From Deltaproteobacteria bacterium (GTDB lineage: Bacteria > Desulfobacterota > GWC2-55-46 > UBA9637): DNA of 64,000 nt. The DNA lies in assembly GCA_030690165.1 (NCBI GenBank), contig JAUYHF010000055.1:3493-67492 (forward strand), given 5' to 3'. The notes beneath the pieces were generated by a model, which had not been told where the DNA came from, searched no databases, and saw nothing but the letters and a program-made list of their open reading frames with translations. Positions 9,234 to 17,937 of this stretch are shown one piece after another; position 1 is the first letter of the stretch, and every line of letters starts with the position of its first letter. A program made the translations under genes and the position numbers.

Positions 9234-9661
9234 TGCAGTTAAACAAAGAATTATTCAATAGCTTTACAAAACAATATCAACTTTCCAAAACCCTTCGCTT
9301 TGAATTGGTGCCGCAGCAAGGGACAGAAAAATTAGTCAGGCAATTATTCGAAAAGCCAGAAGAAAATCATCATGAGATTATTCGAAAAGATTTAGAACTT
9401 TCCAAGAGTTACAAGCATGTAAAAAAACTAATTGATTGCAGGCACAGAAGCATTATTGATGAGGTTTTAAACAAGTTTACTTTTAATGAGAAGGAGTTAG
9501 CAATACTCAACAACAATGGCGATTTAGAGGAAGATGATGATACAGATAAAAAAGACCCGCTTAAAAAACTGCGAGAAAAAGTTGCCAGTGCTTTAGATGC
9601 AAAGTCCAAAATCATGTTTGACAACAAGTTGTTAAATCCAGTAAAATTTCTACTATTGTAG
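9233..9661 (+). pseudogene. cas12a: cas12a (cpf1) N-terminal remnant, 142 codons
   Basis: FTKQYQLSKTLRFELVPQQGT and YKHVKKLIDCRHRSIIDEVL match the conserved Cas12a N-terminus (WED-I/REC1); ORF ends in stop TAG that is part of the first CRISPR repeat; full-length Cas12a is ~1200-1300 aa. Confidence 0.75.
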
Positions 9662-9781
9662 ATTAAACTGGGCGCATGGAAATCTCCTTAGTCTAAAGCA
9701 CCAATAAAATTTCTACTATTGTAGATGAATCGGCCTGTGCGCCCGGACAGGAGTGTCTAAAGCACCAATAAAATTTCTACT
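9628..9781 (+). CRISPR. Type V-A (Cas12a-type) mini CRISPR array: 3 repeats (first 5'-degenerate, last 3'-truncated), 2 spacers
   Basis: Repeats at 9628-9663 (degenerate 5' half), 9691-9726 (GTCTAAAGCACCAATAAAATTTCTACTATTGTAGAT) and 9755-9781 (truncated); spacers 9664-9690 (27 nt) and 9727-9754 (28 nt); repeat 3' end AATTTCTACTATTGTAGAT is the Cas12a crRNA handle with TCTAC/GTAGA stem. Confidence 0.8.
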
Positions 9782-9858
9782 CCCCCTCCGTCATATTTTT
9801 TGATTGTTTATTCCGCTCTTTTAAGTTATATTTTCTTACCATTGCTGCAAATTCCTTT

Positions 9859-11418
9859 ATGCCGGACATCCATCAGCAAAAAATCCTCATATTAGATTTT
9901 GGCTCACAATATACCCAGCTCATCGCAAGAAGGGTGAGAGAGGCAAAGGTATATTGCGAGATACATCCTTATAATATCGGCATGGACGGGATAAAGGGTT
10001 TTAATGCCAAAGGCATTATCCTCTCAGGCGGACCGTCAAGTGTCTATGACAAAGATGCTCCTCTTATTCCCAAAGAGGTCTTTAATCTAAATATTCCAAT
10101 CCTTGGCATCTGTTACGGAATGCAGCTTACAGCCCATCTCCTTGGCGGCAAGGTGGAGAAATCTGCTCACAGGGAATACGGAAGCGCTGAACTTGTAATT
10201 GATGATGGTTCGGATTTGTTATCACGCATCACGCATCACGCACAACGCATCACACAAGTTTGGATGAGCCACGGCGACAGGGTTATTAAGATGCCGAAGG
10301 GATTTGTATCTATTGCCCACAGCAAAAATTCGCCTATATGCGCAATGAGTGATGACAGAAGAAAAATATTCGGCGTTCAGTTTCATCCTGAGGTTGTCCA
10401 TACACCAAAAGGCCGGCAGATTATCAAAAACTTCCTTTTTAAGATATGTGGATGCAAGCCTGTATGGACTATGGAATCATTCATAGACACTGCTGTAGCA
10501 GATATAAGGGAGCGGGTGGGGAAGAGAGGTATCGTGTGCGGTATAAGCGGCGGCGTTGATTCTGCCGTTGCAGCTGTTTTGCTTCATCGCGCAGCCGGTA
10601 GGCAGCTAACCTGTATATTTGTTGATAACGGTCTTTTGAGGGCAGGGGAGGCGGAGAAGGTGGAACAAGCTCTCAGGAAAAACTTCCGCATGAGGCTTAT
10701 TTGTATAGACGCCTCCAAAAGGTTTCTTAATAAGCTTACGGGAGTGGAAGACCCTGAAAAAAAGCGAAAGATTATCGGAAATGAATTTATAAGGGTTTTT
10801 GAAGAAGAGGCCATGAAATTAAAAAATGCGGCCTTTCTCGGGCAGGGGACATTGTATCCTGATGTGATTGAAAGCATATCATTCAAAGGCCCTTCAGCTA
10901 CTATAAAAAGTCATCATAATGTAGGCGGGCTCTTAAAAAAGATGAAGCTCAAGCTGGTAGAACCGTTAAGAGAATTATTTAAGGACGAGGTTCGCATCCT
11001 GGGCAGGGCATTGGGTATGCCTGAAGAGATAATAAACAGGCATCCATTTCCGGGGCCAGGCCTTGCTATAAGGGTTTTGGGTGAGGTTACAAAAGAGCGG
11101 TGTGAGATTCTGAGAAAGGCCGACAGTATAGCGCTGGAGGAGATAAAGATTGCGGGACTTTATATAAAGATCTGGCAGGCATTTGCAGTGCTTTTGCCGA
11201 TTAAAACAGTTGGCGTAATGGGAGACGAAAGGACTTATGAAAATGTAATTGCAATAAGGGCGGTAGAGAGTGTGGACGGAATGACAGCGGATTGGGTAAG
11301 ATTGCCTTATGATATTATGGCAAGAATTTCAACGAGAATAATAAATGAGGTAAAAGGTGTAAACAGGGTGGTTTACGATATAAGCACAAAACCCCCGAGT
11401 ACAATAGAATGGGAGTGA
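9859..11418 (+). CDS. guaA: GMP synthase (glutamine-hydrolysing)
   Basis: N-terminal class-I GATase ([20 protein letters not shown]), ATP-PPase SGGVDS motif, conserved C-terminal dimerisation domain ending IEWE. Confidence 0.95.
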   Translation: MPDIHQQKILILDFGSQYTQLIARRVREAKVYCEIHPYNIGMDGIKGFNAKGIILSGGPSSVYDKDAPLIPKEVFNLNIPILGICYGMQLTAHLLGGKVEKSAHREYGSAELVIDDGSDLLSRITHHAQRITQVWMSHGDRVIKMPKGFVSIAHSKNSPICAMSDDRRKIFGVQFHPEVVHTPKGRQIIKNFLFKICGCKPVWTMESFIDTAVADIRERVGKRGIVCGISGGVDSAVAAVLLHRAAGRQLTCIFVDNGLLRAGEAEKVEQALRKNFRMRLICIDASKRFLNKLTGVEDPEKKRKIIGNEFIRVFEEEAMKLKNAAFLGQGTLYPDVIESISFKGPSATIKSHHNVGGLLKKMKLKLVEPLRELFKDEVRILGRALGMPEEIINRHPFPGPGLAIRVLGEVTKERCEILRKADSIALEEIKIAGLYIKIWQAFAVLLPIKTVGVMGDERTYENVIAIRAVESVDGMTADWVRLPYDIMARISTRIINEVKGVNRVVYDISTKPPSTIEWE

Positions 11419-11423
11419 ACAAA

Positions 11424-12137
11424 ATGGTAGAGGATTTAAAAGGCCAGGAGACTTGGCGGATATTCAAGATAATGAGCGAATTCATAGAGGGCTTTGAAGA
11501 ACTCTCAACAATAGGGCCGGCGGTATCCATATTCGGCTCTGCAAGATTTCACAGGAACCACCGCTATTATAAGAAGACACTGGAAATATCCACTCTTCTT
11601 GCAAAGGATGGCTATACCATCATAACCGGCGGAGGGCCTGGAGTCATGGAGGCAGCCAATAAGGGGGCGATAAATAATGCCGGTATCTCGGTGGGACTTA
11701 ATATAGTTTTGCCGCAGGAACAAAAACCAAATCAATTTCAGAATAAATCCTTATCCTTTAAGTATTTTTTTGCCAGAAAGGTAATGTTCATAAAATACGC
11801 CATGGGTTATGTCTGTATGCCGGGCGGGTTCGGGACATTGGATGAGTTTTTTGAGGCGCTGACCCTTGTTCAGACGCACAAGATATATCCGCTGCCTCTC
11901 ATACTGGTTGGGAAAGATTACTGGAGCGACCTGCTCAAATGGATGAAGACAACCATGTTAATAAAAGAAAAAACAATATCTAAGATAGATTTAGACCTCG
12001 TCAAAATAACTGATGACCCCAAAGAGGTTTTGGCAATAATAAATAAACACAGAGACTGGAAAATAAAAATTATAAAATCCGCCATAAAGAAAAAAAGAAT
12101 AAAAATCCACACAGATAGAAAAAGGGAGATGATATGA
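11424..12137 (+). CDS. LOG family protein (cytokinin riboside 5'-monophosphate phosphoribohydrolase-like, TIGR00730)
   Basis: GGGPGVMEAANKGA and PGGFGTLDEFFE motifs. Confidence 0.8.
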   Translation: MVEDLKGQETWRIFKIMSEFIEGFEELSTIGPAVSIFGSARFHRNHRYYKKTLEISTLLAKDGYTIITGGGPGVMEAANKGAINNAGISVGLNIVLPQEQKPNQFQNKSLSFKYFFARKVMFIKYAMGYVCMPGGFGTLDEFFEALTLVQTHKIYPLPLILVGKDYWSDLLKWMKTTMLIKEKTISKIDLDLVKITDDPKEVLAIINKHRDWKIKIIKSAIKKKRIKIHTDRKREMI

Positions 12138-12754
12138 GGATGGTTTCAAAAGACTTTACTCCCTCTTGTGCCGCCCTGATCATTGTAGATGTTCAAAACG
12201 ATTTTTGCCCGGGTGGTGCGCTGCCTGTTACAGATGGAGATAAGGTGATCCCTATCTTAAATGTCTATATCAAGAGGTTCCGGGAAGAGGGGGCTCCGGT
12301 CTTTGCAACAAGGGATTGGCATCCTAATGACCATAACTCTTTTAAGGAGAATGGCGGGATCTGGCCCCCCCACTGTGTTCAGGGGACAAGCGGGGCAGAA
12401 TTTCATCAAGGTCTTGACCTGTCAGGAGATGTTGAGATTGTATCAAAAGGCGCAGGCCCGAAGGATGAGGCCTATTCAGGTTTTCAGGGAACAAATCTCA
12501 CAGCAGAATTGAAAAAGAGAGAAATTAAGACGCTATATATCGGGGGCCTTGCCACAGACTATTGTGTGAAACATACCGTTCTGGATGCCCTTAAGGAGGG
12601 ATTTTCAGTCTTCTTCCTTGAGGATGGGTCAAGGGGTGTGGATGTAAATCCCGGTGACAGCAAAAAGGCGATAGATGATATGATATCGGCAGGCGCAAAG
12701 AGGATTGTTTTCTCAAATCTCTCTAAAAAGATACTGGAGGGGAAAAGTATATGA
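12134..12754 (+). CDS. pncA: Nicotinamidase / isochorismatase-family hydrolase
   Basis: ALIIVDVQNDFCPGGAL catalytic Asp region, isochorismatase fold; adjacent to NAPRTase gene. Confidence 0.75.
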   Translation: MRMVSKDFTPSCAALIIVDVQNDFCPGGALPVTDGDKVIPILNVYIKRFREEGAPVFATRDWHPNDHNSFKENGGIWPPHCVQGTSGAEFHQGLDLSGDVEIVSKGAGPKDEAYSGFQGTNLTAELKKREIKTLYIGGLATDYCVKHTVLDALKEGFSVFFLEDGSRGVDVNPGDSKKAIDDMISAGAKRIVFSNLSKKILEGKSI

Positions 12755-13926
12755 TGTTCCATACAGCCGATCCAAAGGATATAAAAGAAGGGAAAATAAC
12801 TGATGTCTATTTTGTCAGGACTATGGAGGTCCTTAAAGCAAAAGGGATTGACAAATGGGTAAAGGCGGAGTTTATTGCCAAAAATCTTCCAGATAACTGG
12901 GAGTGGGGTGTCCTCGCTGGCATTGAAGAGGCAGCGAACCTCCTCTCCGGGATAAAGGTGAATGTCAGGGCCATGAACGAGGGGACAATCTTCTTCCCCT
13001 ATCAGCCTGTCATTGAGATAGAGGGGATGTATTCTCAGTTCTGTGTTTATGAAACCGCCCTGCTCGGTCTTATCTGCCAGGCCTCGGGGATTGCCACAAA
13101 GGCAGCAAGGTGCAAGAGGCTGGCCGGCGATAGAGGCGTGATAAGCTTCGGTGCAAGGCGCATGCACCCGGCCCTAGCGCCTATGATAGAAAGGGCTGCC
13201 TATCTGGGCGGGTGTGATGGTGTGGCAGTAATAAAATCCGCAGAATTGATAGGAGAAGACCCTTCCGGAACCATGCCCCATGCCCTGATCATCATGCTTG
13301 GTGATACAGTAACAGCTATAAAGGCATTCCACGAGGTAGTAGACAAAAAGGTCAAGAGGGTCGCCCTGATAGATACCTTTAATGATGAGAAGTTTGAGGC
13401 CCTTAATGTGGCAGAGGCTATGGGGCCAGATCTTTTTGGGATCAGGCTTGATACCCCTGCGTCGAGGCGCGGGAATTTCAGGAGGATCATTGAAGAGGTG
13501 AGATGGGAGCTCGACTTAAGGGGATATAAGGATGTAAAGATATTTGTAAGCGGCGGGATAGATGAGAAGCATATACCTGATCTAAATCCCATAGTAGATG
13601 CCTACGGTATAGGTACATCCATCAGCAATGCGCCTGTGATCGATTTTGCAATGGATATCATGGAGGTAGAAGGAAAACCGATTGCCAAGAGGGGGAAGAT
13701 GTCCGGGTCAAAGTCTGTCTTAAGATGCAGGGGCTGCTACCATTATTACCTTGTTCCATCCATTGATAAACCGGATCTGTGCAAATGTGGCGGTAAGCTT
13801 GAGGAACTCCTTGTTCCTTTTCTAAAAGAAGGTGAACTTATCTCTCCTTTGCCTAAAGTAAGAGATATAAAAAGCTCTGTGCTATCACAGGTTAAACGGC
13901 TTACTTCTTATACTCATCAGCCTTGA
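12751..13926 (+). CDS. Nicotinate phosphoribosyltransferase (archaeal/thermophile type) with C-terminal Cys-rich Zn-ribbon
   Basis: NAPRTase family core; C-terminal CRGCYHYYLVPSIDKPDLCKCGGK; 4-bp overlap with pncA. Confidence 0.75.
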   Translation: MMFHTADPKDIKEGKITDVYFVRTMEVLKAKGIDKWVKAEFIAKNLPDNWEWGVLAGIEEAANLLSGIKVNVRAMNEGTIFFPYQPVIEIEGMYSQFCVYETALLGLICQASGIATKAARCKRLAGDRGVISFGARRMHPALAPMIERAAYLGGCDGVAVIKSAELIGEDPSGTMPHALIIMLGDTVTAIKAFHEVVDKKVKRVALIDTFNDEKFEALNVAEAMGPDLFGIRLDTPASRRGNFRRIIEEVRWELDLRGYKDVKIFVSGGIDEKHIPDLNPIVDAYGIGTSISNAPVIDFAMDIMEVEGKPIAKRGKMSGSKSVLRCRGCYHYYLVPSIDKPDLCKCGGKLEELLVPFLKEGELISPLPKVRDIKSSVLSQVKRLTSYTHQP

Positions 13927-14001
13927 GATCCTTGTGAGCCACCGACTGAGTAATAGAAATATCTTTGTCGCATAAGGTATATTATGTCAAATTATCCAGA
14001 G

Positions 14002-15057
14002 CTATGGAAGTGAGGCTGATTTTAACTCCTCGTCAAGCCGTATAAAGCCCTTCCCTTCTTTAGCCATAAGGCTTAATTGGAATCTATCCGATACTTCCCG
14101 GATATTTTTAATTGCATTTTCAGCCCTCTCTCCCTGCAATGGCTTTGCCTGGAATAAAACCTCTTTATTGTTCACATTTAAAGGTATTATCTCAGCCGAA
14201 GAAATCCTATTATTGCTGAATTTCACAATGGCTATCATGCCTTCAGGTATTGATTGACTGACAGACCCGAAGGCAAAATTCCCAAGGCTGTAAAATATAA
14301 GGCCATTTTTATACCTTTCAATCCCCTGGAGAACATGCGGATGGTGGCCTATGATTACACTTGCGCCGCTGTCTATTGCAAGATGCGCAAGTTTTATCTG
14401 ATATTCCTTTGGATATTTCGTCAGCTCTTCACCCCAGTGGAATGAAACTACAACAAAATCAACATGTTTCTTTATTTCAATAATGTCGTATCTCACATAT
14501 TCAAAAACACCTTGGGCAGTCCCGCCAGACTCTTTTGTGGCATAAAATTCCTCTGGAAAGACCTTTGAATATGCAAGAAAAGCAATCTTCTTATTTTTTA
14601 TGCTAATAATTACGGGCATCCTTGCGTCCTTTAAATCCTTGCCTGCGCCAGTATGTTTTAAATCTGCCTTATCCAGAAAATTTATCGTATCCTGCAATCC
14701 ATCCTGGCCATAATCCATAATGTGGTTATTTGCCAGTGTTACAACATCAAAACCAGCGGCCTTTATTGCGCCCGCTGCATCGGGGTCTATCTTTAAGATA
14801 AATTCCTTTTCCATAAATGCATCTCGTCTGTGCGTCAAAGGCGCTTCAAGATTGGCCACTGCAATGTCTGAATCCTTTAATATGCTTTTAGTCGGCTCAA
14901 ATGGGTATAAATAACCGTTCTGCTTCAAATATGGAGCGGCAGAACCGCCAAGATAAATATCCCCTACTGCAAGGATTGTTATAACATCGTCATCGGCGCA
15001 AGATATTGCCGGAGCGGTTAAGAAAAGGAGGTATAAACATAAAATGTGTTTTATCAT
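14002..15057 (-). CDS. CapA/PgsA family metallophosphoesterase-like protein, secreted
   Basis: Signal peptide; LAVGDIYLGG and GHHPHVLQG motifs typical of the CapA family. Confidence 0.75.
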   Translation of the reverse strand: MIKHILCLYLLFLTAPAISCADDDVITILAVGDIYLGGSAAPYLKQNGYLYPFEPTKSILKDSDIAVANLEAPLTHRRDAFMEKEFILKIDPDAAGAIKAAGFDVVTLANNHIMDYGQDGLQDTINFLDKADLKHTGAGKDLKDARMPVIISIKNKKIAFLAYSKVFPEEFYATKESGGTAQGVFEYVRYDIIEIKKHVDFVVVSFHWGEELTKYPKEYQIKLAHLAIDSGASVIIGHHPHVLQGIERYKNGLIFYSLGNFAFGSVSQSIPEGMIAIVKFSNNRISSAEIIPLNVNNKEVLFQAKPLQGERAENAIKNIREVSDRFQLSLMAKEGKGFIRLDEELKSASLP

Positions 15058-15059
15058 AT

Positions 15060-15614
15060 TTATTCTCTGATTGACCTTGGAACGCCGTAAATTTGCGCCT
15101 TGCGCCTGAGTTCTTCCAAGTCTGATTTTAGTTTATTCCGCTGGTTTTCGTTATCAGGCAGATTCTTTTTATAGGTTTCATATTTCTCTGCATCTTCCTT
15201 ACTGTATAATCTATAAAGCCTCCTGCCCCGGTCATAATCTGCCATAAAATTTTTCTCTTCCTCAATAGTTTTTTCAAGTTCCCCAATTTCTTTTTTACTG
15301 GCATCAAACTCTCTCTTCCACCACTCCAAAGGATAATCGCCATAAAGCTCTTCTTGTTGCTTTGCAGGAGGTTCCGATGGTTTGGGCGGTTGAATGGGTG
15401 GTTGGGAAGAAGAAGGCCCTTGCTCAGAAGGTTTTGCTTTCAGCGCCTTTACCTTATCTTTATATTTGGGCGGGACAAGAAGAATGTCGTCAACTACATG
15501 GATATCCCCTTTCTCATCCTGCCACTGGTAAAGGTCTGCAAACACGCCTGACGGCAGAATAAAGGCACAAAAAACAAAAACTACACAAAACTTTTTCTTA
15601 GTGCTAAAATACAT
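15060..15614 (-). CDS. Secreted DUF4124-like protein with Pro-rich linker and charged coiled-coil C-terminus
   Basis: Signal peptide followed by DLYQWQDEKGDIHVVDD (DUF4124 signature). Confidence 0.5.
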   Translation of the reverse strand: MYFSTKKKFCVVFVFCAFILPSGVFADLYQWQDEKGDIHVVDDILLVPPKYKDKVKALKAKPSEQGPSSSQPPIQPPKPSEPPAKQQEELYGDYPLEWWKREFDASKKEIGELEKTIEEEKNFMADYDRGRRLYRLYSKEDAEKYETYKKNLPDNENQRNKLKSDLEELRRKAQIYGVPRSIRE

Positions 15615-15632
15615 CGCACACCCTTTATCTAT

Positions 15633-16616
15633 ATGGACCCGCTAACACACAGCCTTTCCGGCGCTATACTTTCCAGAACAGGATTTTATCAAAGATTCGG
15701 CAGGATGGCTACAATAATCCTTGTTGCAGCCGCGATCATCCCTGATATTGACCATTTAACCCTGAGACTTGCAGGCCCCCTCGCCTATCTCAAATATCAT
15801 CGTGGATTTACGCACTCCATTTTTGGCGGCTTTGTAGTTGCTGCTATCATGGCCGGCATTGTCTGTTCAATAAAACGATTTAGAGAAAAATTAGGCTATC
15901 TAATAACCTTTGGCCTATTTTTATTAGGCATATATACCCATATCTTCCTTGACCTTATTACATCTTACGGAACACAGATACTTTTCCCATTCAGCGGCAA
16001 AAGATATTCCCTCGATCTCGTTTTTATCATAGACCTTTATTTCACCGCCTTGATGCTCATCCCGTTAATCGTCATAAGATTCAAGCGGAAATGGGCAAAG
16101 GCTATAGCCTTAATTTCTGTAGCGGGTATAATAATCTATCTGGGGGTTGCCTACGCAGGGAGAACCATTGCTATTGAAAGCGCTAATGCCTGGGCTCACA
16201 AACTTGGTATAATCAGCAAAAAAGTTGAGGCGCTCCCCCTCCCCTTCTCCCCTTTCAGATGGTCTGTGTATATAGAAGATGATAAAAGGTTTTATCAGGT
16301 TGATGTTGATGCGCTGAAAAACAGCGCAACATTTAATTCTTTTGAGAAAAAGCATGTCCCTGAAGGATTAAATCAGGAAACAGAGGGAAATAACATCATT
16401 GAAAAGGTTGAGAATCTGGAGATTGTAAAGACATATCTCTGGTTTGCCAGATTTCCCGTAGTGAGTATAAAGAAGGAAACTGAGGGCTATTCGGTGGAAT
16501 ATTTTGACCTTCGCTTTAATTCCCTGCCGCCGAGAAGGCCGTTTCTCTTGAAGTTGTTTGTTGACAGAAACGGGACGTTAAATAATGCGGAGCTTATGTT
16601 TCATACGACAAAATAA
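15633..16616 (+). CDS. Membrane-bound metal-dependent hydrolase (YbcI/DUF457-like) with C-terminal soluble domain
   Basis: MDPLTHSLSGAIL...IPDIDHL N-terminal motif, several TM helices. Confidence 0.6.
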   Translation: MDPLTHSLSGAILSRTGFYQRFGRMATIILVAAAIIPDIDHLTLRLAGPLAYLKYHRGFTHSIFGGFVVAAIMAGIVCSIKRFREKLGYLITFGLFLLGIYTHIFLDLITSYGTQILFPFSGKRYSLDLVFIIDLYFTALMLIPLIVIRFKRKWAKAIALISVAGIIIYLGVAYAGRTIAIESANAWAHKLGIISKKVEALPLPFSPFRWSVYIEDDKRFYQVDVDALKNSATFNSFEKKHVPEGLNQETEGNNIIEKVENLEIVKTYLWFARFPVVSIKKETEGYSVEYFDLRFNSLPPRRPFLLKLFVDRNGTLNNAELMFHTTK

Positions 16617-16697
16617 CACCATGCTATTTTTCATTTGACATAGGCTATTTAATTAGACTATATTAGTCATATCCATATAGATATGGAGGACAAATCT

Positions 16698-16991
16698 ATG
16701 AAGACCGCAAAGGTTTCTGAATTAAAGGCATCTATCAGCGAATACCTGTCAAAGGTAAAGGCAGGCGAAGAGGTTATTGTCACTGACAGGGGAAAGCCTG
16801 TCGCCAAGATTATTCCTTTGAAAAGAGGAGATATTGAAATACCGGCGCATCTATTAACGCTGGAGAAGGCAGGGCTTGTCCGCATCGGCGCAGGCAGACT
16901 GCCGGCAGGTTTTTGGGATATGCCGAGACCAAAGGATAAAAAAGGCCTGGCACTCGGCGCCCTTTTAAAAGAGCGGGAGGAAGGGAGATGA
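16698..16991 (+). CDS. Type II antitoxin, Phd/YefM (prevent-host-death) family
   Basis: MKTAKVSELKASISEYLSKVKAGEEVIVTDRGKPVAKIIPL; 4-bp overlap with downstream PIN gene. Confidence 0.7.
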   Translation: MKTAKVSELKASISEYLSKVKAGEEVIVTDRGKPVAKIIPLKRGDIEIPAHLLTLEKAGLVRIGAGRLPAGFWDMPRPKDKKGLALGALLKEREEGR

Positions 16992-17419
16992 TGTTCTGGG
17001 ATTCTTCAGCCATCATCCCTTTATGTATTGACGAGCCGCAGACCAAGACCATCCGGCAGATTGTCCTAAAAGACAGCGCCATAGCAGTTTGGTGGGGCAG
17101 TTTCATAGAATGCTGTTCAGCCTTTGCCCGCTTGCGGCGCGATGGGTTCCTCAAGCCTGATGAGGAAGACGGTGTGCGGCATCTCCTCACCCTTCTCTCG
17201 GATACATGGACAGAGATTGAACCCGGCGAAGATATACGGGATATTGCAGGCAGACTTCTTATGCTGCACCCTCTCCGCGCTGCAGATGCCTTGCAGCTAT
17301 CCGCCGCGCTTGTATGGGCTGGAAAGAGGCCAAAAGGTCATTATTTCGTCTGCCTTGATTCAAAATTGAGAGATGCGGCAAGAAAAGAAGGGTTCACGCT
17401 GCTTCCCGCCCAAATATAA
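16988..17419 (+). CDS. vapC: PIN-domain toxin (VapC-like)
   Basis: N-terminal acidic FWDSSAII, conserved LRAADALQLSAAL motif. Confidence 0.75.
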   Translation: MMFWDSSAIIPLCIDEPQTKTIRQIVLKDSAIAVWWGSFIECCSAFARLRRDGFLKPDEEDGVRHLLTLLSDTWTEIEPGEDIRDIAGRLLMLHPLRAADALQLSAALVWAGKRPKGHYFVCLDSKLRDAARKEGFTLLPAQI

Positions 17420-17535
17420 TTCCATGTCCGAGCTTTTTTAAATTATACCAAACAAATGCCTGCCCGCAAACCACAACCCAAAATATACATTGTTTTTTTA
17501 TGGACACCCTCTGCCAGTAAGGGCTATGAGAAATA

Positions 17536-17898
17536 TTACTTCTGAATCACAGTGATAGTTCCTTTCATACCAAAAACTTTATGATATATACAGTAATAGC
17601 TATATTCCCCGGGCTTATCAAAGGTAATGGAGAACTGACTTCCGGACCTCAGATTGTTTTTACCCTTGATTGCCCCGTCATCAAAGGTAATCGTATGCGC
17701 TACGTAGTCGTCATTTACCCACGAAACTGTATCGCCGGCATGAATCTGGGCAGTAAAGTTAGCAGTATTATCTATCCAGTCTTTCATGACTATCTTGACC
17801 TCATCAGCCATTACAGTTCCAGAATAAAATATAACAAACCACAAAGACACAAAGAATAAAATAATTCTTCCATAAAATTTGCAGATTAGAGAATACAT
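17536..17898 (-). CDS. Cupredoxin (plastocyanin/amicyanin-like blue copper protein), secreted
   Basis: Type-1 Cu ligand pattern H...C..H....M in GEYSYYCIYHKVFGMKGTITV; signal/TM N-terminus. Confidence 0.7.
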   Translation of the reverse strand: MYSLICKFYGRIILFFVSLWFVIFYSGTVMADEVKIVMKDWIDNTANFTAQIHAGDTVSWVNDDYVAHTITFDDGAIKGKNNLRSGSQFSITFDKPGEYSYYCIYHKVFGMKGTITVIQK

Positions 17899-17937
17899 AT
17901 CGGCACCTCCTCTTTTATATCTGCCAGCAAACTACAA

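Noticed and set aside
9409-9627. 72-aa minus-strand ORF antisense to the cas12a remnant
   Set aside because: It is a low-complexity S/L-rich shadow ORF with no start context.
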